NCBI GenBank assembly: GCA_013239625.1 | Contig: MU054129.1 | Span: forward strand, 313,238-377,237 | Direction: 5' to 3' | DNA from: Lama guanicoe | Taxonomy: Eukaryota | Length of the DNA stretch: 64,000 nt | Shown here: piece by piece, positions 28,518 to 39,800 of the stretch | Position numbering within the stretch: position 1 is the first letter of the stretch | Layout of the letters: every line of letters begins with the position of its first letter | Notes under the pieces: generated by a model | The model's input: only the letters and a program-made list of their open reading frames with translations | What the model was told of the DNA's origin: nothing | Databases searched by the model: none | Position numbers and translations under genes: made by a program

Positions 28518-29097
28518 CAATTATGCCTCTTTCAATGTTGTTAACACCAAATAATTAGAAATCTCATTGTTTGCTAAAGGATTTTTTTGAAATGTCAATT
28601 ACTACAACAGCTCAATTTCTGAATTTTGGAGAGAAATACAAAGAATTAAAAATGGTTAAAATGACTACTGATTATATACCTTTGTTTTTTTCACCTAGAT
28701 GCACTTTATTCCAACCCAAAATAGTCAGAAAAAGTTAAGAAAATTGCAGAATTTGTTCATTTTAAAACATTCTTCACAACAAAATATTTTTAGGAACTGT
28801 TTTTATATTACCAAGTGCATCAGATATATTTTCTTCAAAACTTTAGAAATACATTCTTAGTTTAGTCCAAATATGAAAAAAATCCATATAAAGCAGACAT
28901 TTAATTGCTTCTCAAATGTCCTGCCTACAGTCTGGCATTATTCTATTTAATTGAGTCACCTTGCTGACTAATTGGTGCCTATGAAATCCTAAATACTTCC
29001 ATGTAAGCTAATAATAAAAACTAGCACACACTATTAGTCACTCTCAAATGAGTATGTTATTACATAGTATCATGTCACTTCAGAATTCTAACTGTGA

Positions 29098-29240
29098 GAC
29101 GGGATAAGAAGAAAAAAGGAGGGGGAGGAGAAGGAGAAGAAAGGAGAGATGGTAGAAGGGGAGAAGGGAAAGCAGAGAAGACAAGAAGAAAAGGAGGAGA
29201 AGAGAAGGCAAGGGAGGGGGAGAAGGAACAGCAGGGAGTC
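29098..29240. repeat. Purine-rich (GA) low-complexity tract
   Basis: Almost exclusively A/G on the plus strand. Confidence 0.85.
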
Positions 29241-30049
29241 AGGAGACGGTTTGACAGTAGGCGGGTAATCCAGATGAAGTCAGTCACCTACCGTATGTCT
29301 TGCCAATGCTTTCTTTGTTTTGATTTCACAGTACACTCCCCTGGAAAAGATTTGATTTTTTGGACCTTGGTCTGAGGATGAAGACCTGAGGTTGTTAATT
29401 AAAAGCCATCATTGTTACTACCACTCCTCTCCATATGTGAATCTAGGTAACACCAACCCATGAAAAAGATCACATTTGTGATGCTACCCTTGGATTCTAG
29501 CCAAAATATATACAGGGAAACCTTCTATAGGTTTCTGGTTCCTAGACTAAAACATATTTCCCAGATACAATATTTGAAATACTATCTTTTTAAATTTTCC
29601 TCCAAATAAGGGAGTACAGTAAGCTTTAAGGTTAGCGAGAGGTGTGCCTTTGTTTTACAATATGGAAGAGGGCTTTCCCACAGAGGTGGGTGGAGAAGAT
29701 GAAAAAAGAATCTTCTTGATGCCTCAACAAGAGATTAATTTTTTAAGGAGTCATATGGACTTGTGATATAGAAATGAATTTCCATAATTTTTCCGATGTC
29801 TGCATATCCCTTGGTAAGACATATATAACCCAGGTCCCACCTGTCAGTTTTAAGTGTTCCAAACAAGAGTCATCTCTTGAGGTGTTTGTAGCTATGATCT
29901 AAGTGGCTTTCCCACTACGCACGTTTATTCCAGCGACATTGGAAATGTCTCGTGTGGCCTAGAATGAAATGTGGAGCCCATAGCAATTTCAACAGAGAAA
30001 ATGGAACACGTACCCTCCTAGGATTCTGTATCAAGGCTATGCCCTTAGG

Positions 30050-30460
30050 AAAGCAATCTTTCTTCTCCAATCTATCTCCAGCATGTTGTCAATCTTTACT
30101 CTTACTTTCCTAGTCTGCTGCCACCTCGCACCTGGACTTGTAACAGCCTCCTGGCTGCTTCTGCTTCCACTCTTGTCTCCTTTTGATCTATTCTCAGACA
30201 ATGAGATCTTTTTTGAAAAGCTTCATCAGGTCATGTTAAGTCCTTGCTTATAAATGCCTAACATTTCTTTATTAAATTTAAAATGCAAACCTCTTATTTA
30301 AACCTTCCAAGGCCCTTGTTTGGCTTCTCCCACCCCTTTGCTCTAGTATCAGAGTGTTCTCAGTCTTGATCTAGACACTCTGTCTACGTGAACTGCTTTC
30401 TGTCCTTTAAACATGTCAAGCTCATTCCACATTTAGAGCACATAATGAATCTAACTGTTC
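30050..30460 (+). mobile_element. L2 relic
   Basis: Pyrimidine-rich L2 3' motifs (cctggacttgtaacagcctcctggctg...tcaggtcatgttaagtccttgcttataaa). Similar L2 pieces at ~48500-49100, ~50500-51120, ~56600-57040 and ~57860-58610. Confidence 0.55.
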
Positions 30461-32769
30461 TCTTCTCATTCCCTACTTTTCATTCTCTATTCTCCAACTT
30501 CACCTTTCTTTGTATATCAGAGAATGATATTGTGTGTGTGTGTGTGTGTGTGTGTGTTTGGTTCATTTTTCTTATTTTTTATTTTTTTGAAATTGGATAG
30601 TACTTTCTGTCTGTTCTGCTCACTGAAGCATCTGCAGTACTTTGAACCTGGTATATACTTGGATGCCCATTAAATATTTTTGCAATAAATTTAAGAAATT
30701 AACTAATGGATGTGTTTACCTCTGTATAGTCTACCTGCCACTAGGTTACTACGGAATAAATTTGGTCTAGTTTATATCTCTGTCCCTAGGGTTTAGGGCA
30801 TTGCCTGCAACCATCAAAAGAGTGAATAAATAGGGATAATAATCATAGTGGCTAACATTTACTGAAGACAAGATACTGTTCAAAAAATTGTTTTACTTAA
30901 TCCTCACAACCTTTAAAATAGCCCATGGCTAGCTGAGGGGATGGAAGCATAACATTAACACAAGTCAGAGCAGCGCCTAGAGTTCAGGGCCGTCTCAGCC
31001 CACAGGCAGGCCTTTAACCACTTCCTGACATAGTAGAGGGTAAGTGTCAGGGGTTGAGGCTAATATAGACTGATTATCTTTTTGAAATTTTAATAATTTA
31101 TAATAGATCAATATTAAATAAGAATATAAAAGTGTAGTGTGAGCATCATTAATGATGTAGCTAGATTCCCAATAACCTCCGAAGGTCAAAGCATCTCCAT
31201 CCTGTGAAGGTTGGATTAGAGACTGTTTCTGTGAGACAAGAAAAAGGTATCTAATATCCCTCCTTATCTACATCTTAAAACCCACCTGTGGGCAAAGTTG
31301 AATCTGCAAGGCGGCTCTCACACATGGTTACCAGCCGGTCACCGGGCAAGCCGTGGCCAGTGACTGCTGCGGACAGAGCAGAAGGTGAGGGAAAGGCAGG
31401 TCAATATTGGGATTTTTAGGACAGTATCCACAGCTCACTAATAAGATGAGTCCTTCTTAACCTCTTGGTGAGGGACGTGGGAAGAAGTTCAGAGAAGGAA
31501 TAAAGTGATAAATCCAAGAATCCCCAGGAAGGATAAGATGGAAAGAAGGACAGAAAGAAAAAGACCCCCTCCTAAAGCAAACTTTCATCCCATCAGGAAC
31601 AAAAGCAGCAAAGTTTCGGCTTCATTTGTGTTTTTATGATGCTTACACTTGTAGATAAATTTATAAAAGAAAAAGAAAACCTAAATATAAGCAAATACAT
31701 TACCAAATATTATGTCCGAATTGTTGGAAATGATTTTGGAAATTTATAGAAAATTTTAGCTTTCTGGGAATGGAATTACCTTGTAACATGTAAACATGTT
31801 GTTCGGTTTTCCTATATTTAATGTCTGTAGATGTTTCTAGAAATGCAATTTCTATTAAGTTAGAGGTTTCATTGGAAGAGGACTTTTGGACTCTGGCTTT
31901 TAGGACCTTTTCAACTTCCACAGGAAAAATAAGACTCATATAAGGATGTGAATGATACAAAAGAATATAAGGCAAAAGTGAGCATTAGTACTTGCTATAA
32001 AAAGAAAAACAAACAAACAAACAAAAAACAAGGTCGAGTGTTGGGAGGGCATGACTGGGCCCAGATCTGCAGACCGGGTTGTGTTCTGTCAGGCAGAGCA
32101 TTGCAGACAGCGGACATGAGTCCACGGAGTGGAAAATGCAAGGCGTGTCCCAGGAACCACATGCAGTAGGGGTTCTTGTATTACAGAGAAGCTGTAGGAG
32201 CTTGGTTAAGATGCAGTGAGGATGAAATGTGCTCCTATCAGACTAAACGTGGTCAATATTATGAAATAAATGATTTCTAAGACAGATTGTACGAGTTCTT
32301 TCCCAGGCTAAAAGACAAAAACCAAAAAAATAATGAGAATCTGAACTCAAGAGGTGGGAACAGAGATAATCGACCATTATTTTTTTTTTAAGTGGGTTAC
32401 AATCTTTTTTAAGTAAAATGGGAGCAACTTTATGTTTAAAATGAAATACAATGAAAATTTAACTTGTCTCTTCCCAATCCCAGGCCCGTTTGCTTTCTTC
32501 ATTTATTAGCTGCAACTGTGTCATTAATTCATCATATATTTAACCAATACTTTTCACATTATTCCTAGATTGACCTGTATCCACTTATCCTATAAATTAT
32601 TTTTGAGTTGTTTTTAAATTCATATAAATGCTGTTATATATAGTTGATCCTCATTATTTACAGTTAAGTTCTCATGAGACAAATTCATGAGAGTTGAACA
32701 TTTTTGTCAACTGATTAATACATTGTCTGTCTTATGTGTGTTTCTGCTTAAATGTACTTCAGTATTTTT

Positions 32770-33452
32770 TTGTTTAATTTTTTAAATTGAAGTATAATCA
32801 GTTATAACATGTCAGTTTCTGGTGTACAGCATAATGTCCTCATCATGCATACATACACATATATTTGTTTTCATATTCTTTTTCTTTAAAGGTTATTACA
32901 AGTATGAATATAGGTCTTTGTGCTATACAGAAGAAATTTGTTTTTTATCTATTTTTATATATAGTGGTTAACATTTGCAAATCTCAGACCCTGATTTATC
33001 CCTTCCCACTCCCTTTCCCCAGGTAACCGTAAGATTGTTTACTATGTCTGCAAGTCTGTTTCTGTTTTGTAGATGAGTTCCTCAGTGTCCAATGATATCA
33101 CACAGTATTTTTCTTTCTTTTTCTGGCTCACTTCACTTAGAATGACAGTCTTCAGATCCATCCATGTTGCTGCAAATGGCAGTATTTTATTATTTTTTAT
33201 GGCTGAGTAGCATTCTATTGTATAAATATACCACAACTTCTTTATACAGTCATCTGTCAATGGACATTTAGGTTGTTTATGTGTCTTGGCTATTGTATAT
33301 AGTGCCGCTATGAACATTGGGGTGCATGTATCTTTTTGAATTAGAGTTTCCTCCAGATATATGCCCAGGAGTGGGATTGCTGGATCATATGGTAAGCCTA
33401 TTTTTTGTTTTTTGAGGAATCTCCATACTCTTTTCCATAATGGGTGCACCAA
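32770..33452 (-). mobile_element. 5'-truncated L1 3' end
   Basis: Open ORF2 C-terminus ([28 protein letters not shown]...) and the same 3'UTR type as the 8.1-kb L1, with a T-rich tail near 32765-32785. Confidence 0.9.
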
Positions 33453-34782
33453 TGTTTAGTATATATTCTTCTTTTTAATGTTCCTTTATCCTTTAATATT
33501 TCAATCTGTTTTCTTATGAACAAGGATATTCTCATACATAACGCATTCTGGAAATTTAACATGAATAACATACTTAAACTGCAGTTCATATTCCAGCGGC
33601 ATCAATCATCCCAATAATTTCTTTTATAGCATTTTCCTTCTCCAGTAAAGGATTCAGTCCAGGGTCACATATTGCATTTAGTTGTCATGTCTTTAGTTTC
33701 CTTTAATCTGCAGTTTTGTTTTGTTTTTATGACACTGACAATGTTTTAAGAATACAGGCCAGTTATTTTGTAGAATTTTCCTCTATTTGTGTTTGTCTGA
33801 TGATTCCTCATGATTAGATCCAGGTTAAAGCTCTTCAACGATGGTGCAGGGATGTATTGTTACACCTTCTCTGCCACCCACTGGCTCCTGGACTTGAGTT
33901 ATTCACACTTGTCATATCCCTAAGTTTATACAGCATTCTATTTATATTAAAATATGTACATACACATTTCATTAAATACATTTCTTAAACTATTTTTGTA
34001 TAAAATACATAATTCTACCATTTTAAAAGCAATTGTTGGGCCTGTATTTTATAGTGGTTTCAAAGAGAACTGAAATTTACTTAATAATGGCTCCATTCCT
34101 CTAAACTTAGTTCTCCAATTACTTTAACAGTTAGTGTAGAAACAGTTTCGTAAAGAGGACTATTGTAAAGTATTAAGGTTCAGTGATTTCTTATTACTTA
34201 TCCTTGAAGAAATTAAAACTATAATCTCTCCATTTTTAAAAATCCTAATTTATTCCTCTTGATAATATAGACAATGGAGAGAAAACACTTAAATTCTATT
34301 TTAGTAAGAAGTACTTTCGGCTCTTGACGTGGTAAAGATTTTGAATTGGTGCTATCTCCCAATATTTCAGGGTGGTTTTTCATTGAAGTATAGTTGATTT
34401 ACAATATTTCAGATATTTTAAAATGATGAGTGAGGGGAAAGGACCCGGCAAAAATACCTTAACTGTAGAGAGGCCGGTAATTCTTAAAAGAAGCTTTTTT
34501 TTTTTAAGGCTCTCACTGTAACTACAGTGCTCACACTGGAAACAGAATAAAAATGATTTTTCTGGGGTAAGAGTTGTTTCAAGGAAGAAACTGGCAGGGA
34601 TATGGACACTTTGGACAGGGAACAAAAAATGCCGTAGTGTTTTGGACAACATTAAAGCGCTAGAATGTTTAAATAAATATCTTACGTTGTGAGAAATATG
34701 TGTGTTAACACACTTCCCCCCCACCCAAGGGGGAAATTAAACAATTATTTCTTTAAGAAGAAACAGAAGTCTCTCTTTCTCC

Positions 34783-34908
34783 NNNNNNNNNNNNNNNNNN
34801 NNNNNNNNNNNNNNNNNNNNNNNNNNNNNNNNNNNNNNNNNNNNNNNNNNNNNNNNNNNNNNNNNNNNNNNNNNNNNNNNNNNNNNNNNNNNNNNNNNNN
34901 NNNNNNNN
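34783..34908. other. Assembly gap (126 N)
   Basis: Run of N. Confidence 1.
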
Positions 34909-35362
34909 ATCTCCCACTAAGAACCAACCTAGACATCCAAGATGGGGAGTGACCCCATTACAATCTCATTTCAAAGTCCTCACCATCTTTTTCAGGGGCT
35001 GATTGCTAAGGGCTTTGAACAAGCACACAGTTAACTCCCTTCTCCCCTCTGTCCCTGCCACTGCCCATCCCATATCACAGCCCCCAGACATTTTCCAGCT
35101 GGTCACCGGAGTGGGGAGGGGAGAAATTCACCTCATCTCCTATGTTCCCAAGCACTCCTACTTATCAAGGAGTGAAGCCAAGGTCATCAGGCTAAACCCT
35201 ACCCCTAGCACGAGGCCACTTGCACATCCAGGCCTCCAGGGTGGTAGGGGGCTCACTTACTCTGCCTGCCAGCCAACCAGAGCACATTCCAAAGAAAAAC
35301 CAGATAAACTGGCAGGTTCAGTTCCAGGCTTCCAAACCAGATCAGCTCCCCGCTCCCCCAAC

Positions 35363-35364
<2 letters not shown>

Positions 35365-35399
<35 letters not shown>

Positions 35400-35430
35400 G
35401 CACGCACGCACGCACGCACACCCACACCCA
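35365..35430. repeat. Compound (CA)n/(CGCA)n microsatellite
   Basis: Direct reading; alternating purine-pyrimidine tract next to the CpG island. Confidence 0.95.
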
Positions 35431-35444
35431 CCCCCCCTTCCAAG

Positions 35445-35631
35445 TAACGGTGGCCGGGAGAAAACTTAAAAGGGTCCGGGCCCTCCGCCTGGGGGCCGCC
35501 TCCCGCCCCGCGCCGCCGGCGGCCCGCGCCAGCCCGCGAGGGCGGGCACCGCTCTCCCTGCAGCCTCAGCGGGGCGGGCCGGGGTCTGCAGGGGTCGGGG
35601 GCGGGATGCGGGGCGGAGAAGGAGCGGCCCC

Positions 35632-35667
<36 letters not shown>

Positions 35668-35720
35668 GCTCCCTGGTATATATTCTTGATTCATTTATAC
35701 CGAACTCCCAGCCGGCAGCA
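35445..35720. promoter_or_regulatory. CpG island with GC boxes and (GCC)10
   Basis: Very GC/CpG-rich, several GGGCGG Sp1-type boxes, (GCC)10 at 35634-35663; no associated coding exon recognised. Confidence 0.6.
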
Positions 35721-36329
35721 CTCTCACCCACGCCTGACTAGAACTTACCTAACATGTATTTTCTCCATGAGGCGAACCACAGCCTTCTTCTGCTGAGGAA
35801 CGCTACGCAGCACTTCAGCGCTACACTGGGGGGCAGTTTTAAACTGTAGAGCCACCAAGAAAGAGCACAGAGATGTGAAAAATGTGGCACCAAATATACT
35901 GTGAAAATGACAACTTGTTTACACCTTGAAAGCTGAAACAGTAAGGCAGAGTGTTGCCCTGTGTGACCTCAGCCGGGGACTGTGAGTACTCCGCACACAC
36001 GCACAGATAGCTGGGAAGCACGGCGAGCGCTGATTTGGGGTTACAAGTAAATTTTATACAACAAAGGAACTGATCAAAAAGGAATCTAGGAATGTGAGGA
36101 TGGGTCTCTCTCCCTCCCTCTCTTTGTATATACATACACAACACACACACACATATATACCTATTCACATACACACATAGATGATCATATATTCATATAA
36201 TATGTACATATATGTTTAATTTGATGCTACTATAACTCTACCAGTCTTCTTTATTCAACATTTTGTTTCTCAGATCCATCCATGGTGATGTCTGTAGACC
36301 TAGTGCATTCATTTCTCTCCTTCCAGCGT

Positions 36330-39300
36330 TACTGAGATATAACTGACACACAGCACTGTGTAGTTTAAGATCTACAACATAATGAATTGACTTACAAACA
36401 TCACGAAGTGACTACCACAATACATTTAGCGACCATCCGTCATCTCATAGAGATACAAAATAAAAGAAAAAAATTTCCTTATAATGAGAACTCTTGGGAT
36501 TTACTCCCTTAACAATTTTCATATATATCATACAGCAGTGTTCACTGTACTTACCACGCTGTGCATTACTTCTCTGGTGCATATTTATCTTATAACTGGA
36601 AACTTGTACCTTATGACCATCGTCATTCCTCCTTCCCCAAGCCCCCAGCACTAATAACCACAAATGTGATCTTTTTAATGATTTGTTTGTTTTGAAGTAT
36701 CATTGACCTACAATGCTATGTTAGTTCTTAATACACAACACAGTGATCTGATATTTCTGTACATTATAATATAAACACCACAATAAGTCTAATTATCATT
36801 TGTCACCACACAAAGGCATCATATTTATATGGACTATATTCCGCACAGTGTAGATTTCATACCAGTGACTCATTTGTCTTATAACTGGTAGCTTGTACCT
36901 CCTAATCTCCCTCCCCTATTTCTCTCATCTCCCCACCTCTTTCCATCTTGCAACCAACTGTCTGTATCTATGACTTTGCCTCTGTTTTGTTATGTTTGAC
37001 CGGTTTTTTTGTTGTTTAGATCCCACCTATACATGAAATCATATGGTGTTTGCTTTCTTTGATTTATTTCACTTAACATAATGCACTCTAGGACCATCCA
37101 TATTGTCACAAGTGGTAAGATTTCTTTCTTTTTTATGACAAAGTAATAATCTGCTATATATATATATATATATATGTATATATGGTTAGGGTTTTTATAT
37201 ATATATGGTTAGGGTTAGGGAGATATATATATATATATCACATCTTTATTCATTAAGCTATTGATGGGCACTTAGGTTGGTTCCATGTCTTGACTATCTT
37301 AAATAATGCTGCAATGAACATAGAAATGCATGTATCTTTTCCAATTAGTGTTTTCATTCTTTTTTAAATACTCAGAAGTGGAAATCCTACATGATATGGT
37401 TTTATTTTAATTTTTTTGAGATGAATCTTTGTACCATTTTCCACAGTGGCTGCACCATTTTACATTCCCAGCAATAGTGCATGAGGATTGCCTTTTCTCA
37501 CATCCTTAACAACACTTGTTATTTCATCTTGTTTTGAAGAAAGTCATTCTGAAAAGTGTGAGTTGATATCTTATTGTGGTTTTGATTTGCATTTCCCTGA
37601 TGCTTAGTGATCTTGAGCATCTTTTCATGTGCCAGTTGCTCATTTATATGTCTTCTATGGAAAAATGACTATTCATGTCCTCTGCTCATTTTTTAAATGA
37701 GTTTGTTGTTTTTATCCACGTGGAGCTGTATGAGTTATTTGTATGTTGTGGGTGTTAGTCCCATATCAGACATGAAGTTTGCAAATATCTTCTTCCATTC
37801 AATAGGCAGCTTTCTGTTTTGATTATAGTTTCATTCTCTGTGTAAAAGCTTTTTAGATTGATTTGGTCCCTTTTCATTATATTTGCTTTTGTTTCCCTTG
37901 CTGGAGAAGACAGATCCAAAAAAAAGTATTTATAAGACTGATGTCAAAGAGTGTATTGTCTGTGTTTTCTTCTAGGAGTTTTATGGTTTCAGTACTTATA
38001 TTTAAATAGACTTTGACTGAAACATTATGCTGTACATCAGAAATTGACACAACACTGTAAACTGAATATGCTTCAATAATAAAGTAAAATAAATCCATTT
38101 TGAGTTTATTTTTATATATAGTGTGAGAAAGTAGTCCAGTTTGATTCTTTAGCATGTAACTGTTCGGTTTCCCCAACACTGTTTGTTGAAAAGGCTGTCT
38201 TTTTGCCATTGCACATTTTTGCCTCCTTTGTCATTAATTAATTGATCATTTTAGGTTGGGTTTATTCCTGGACTTTCAATCCTATTTCAACTATGGGTAT
38301 GGGTCTGTTTTTATGTCAGTACCATACTGTTCTGGTTACTGTAGCTTTGTAATATAGTTTGAAATCAAAGAGTGTGATATCTCCAGCTTTGCTCCTTTCT
38401 CAAGATTGTTTTGGCTATTCAAGATCTTTTGTGTTTCCATACAAATATTAGGTTTTGTTCTAGTTCTGTGAAAAAACTTCATTGGTATTTTGATGGGCAT
38501 TGCATTGAATCTGTGGACTACCAATCCATAAGCACAGTATATACTTCCATTTGTTTATGTTGGCTTCAAATTTTTAACAGTATCTTATAGTTTTGGAGTG
38601 TTTTTTTGTTTTGTTTTGTTTCGTTTTGTTGAGTAAAGGTCTCACACCTCATTAGTTAGATTTATTCCTGGGTATTTTATTCTTTTTGATGCAATTGTAA
38701 ATGGGCTTGTTTTCTTGATTTCTCTCTCTGGTAGCTCATTGTTAGTGAGTAGAAATGCAATAGATATACAGATTTCTGTATATTAATTTTGCATCATAAA
38801 ACTTTACTGAACTAATTGGTGGCTTCTAATAGTTATTTGGTGGCATCTTTAGGATTCTCTAAACATAGTGTCATGTCATCCGCAGACAGGTGTTTTACTT
38901 TACTTTACTTCTTCCTTTCCAATTTGGATTGATTTCTTTTTCTTGTCTAATTACTGTGGCTAGGACTTCCGATATTGTGTTGAATTAACGTGTTGAAAGT
39001 GGGCATCCTTGTCTCGCTCCTGACTTCAGAGAAATGTTAGCAACTTTTCACTATTGAGTATGATGTTAACTGTGGACTTGTCATACATGGCTTTTATTAT
39101 GTTGAGACTTGCTTCCTATTTACTCACTTTGTTAGGGTTTTTAATTATAAATGGATGTTGAATCTTATCAAAATATTTTTCTGTATCTATGAGTTTATCA
39201 TATGATTTTTGTTCTTCAATGTGTTAATTTGGGATATCACATTGACTGACTTACAAAGACTGAACCATTCTTAAATCCATGGGATAAATCCCACTTGATC

Positions 39301-39800
39301 ATGGTGTGTGATCATTTTACTGTATGGTTGAATTTGGTTTGCCAATGTTTTATTGAGGATATTTGTATCTGCGTTCATTAATGATACTGGCCTGTAGGTT
39401 TTTTGTTTGTTTCTTTGTTTTGTTTTGTTTTGTTTTGTTTTTGTAGTGTCTTTGTCTAGTATTAGTATCAGGGTGGTCCTGGCCTCATAGAATGAGTTTG
39501 GAAGTGTAATTTCCTCTGCAATTTTTAAGAACAGTTTGAGAGGAATAGGTTTCATCTGTGAAGCTGTTTGATCCTGAACTTTTGTTTCTTGGGATTTTTT
39601 TTTTTGATTACCGACTTAATTTTATTACTAGTAACTTGTCTGTTTATACTTTCTATTTCTTCTTAATTGAATCTTGGGATATTATACATTTGGGAATTTG
39701 TCCGTTTCTTCTAAGTTGTCTATACTATTGGCATATAATTGTTCATAGTGATAGAAATGATTCTTTGTGTTTCTGTGGTGTCAGTTGTAACCTCTCCTTT
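36330..39800 (-). mobile_element. Older L1 (L1MA9-like 3' end plus ORF2 remnant)
   Basis: ORF2-like translations ([47 protein letters not shown]) and an L1 3'UTR. Contains a (TA)n tract at ~37155-37238 and a ~80-bp opposite-strand L1 3' tip near 38010-38090. Confidence 0.85.

Noticed and set aside
29332..31247. Segments bounded by splice-like signals (~29332-29619, ~31108-31247), one with a Myb-like GPWSEDED string
   Set aside because: All frames contain stops and I recognise no consistent homology; BLASTX would be needed.
35003..35731. 228-aa and 129-aa ORFs with poly-Arg/poly-Ala and HT repeats
   Set aside because: Products of microsatellites and CpG-island composition.
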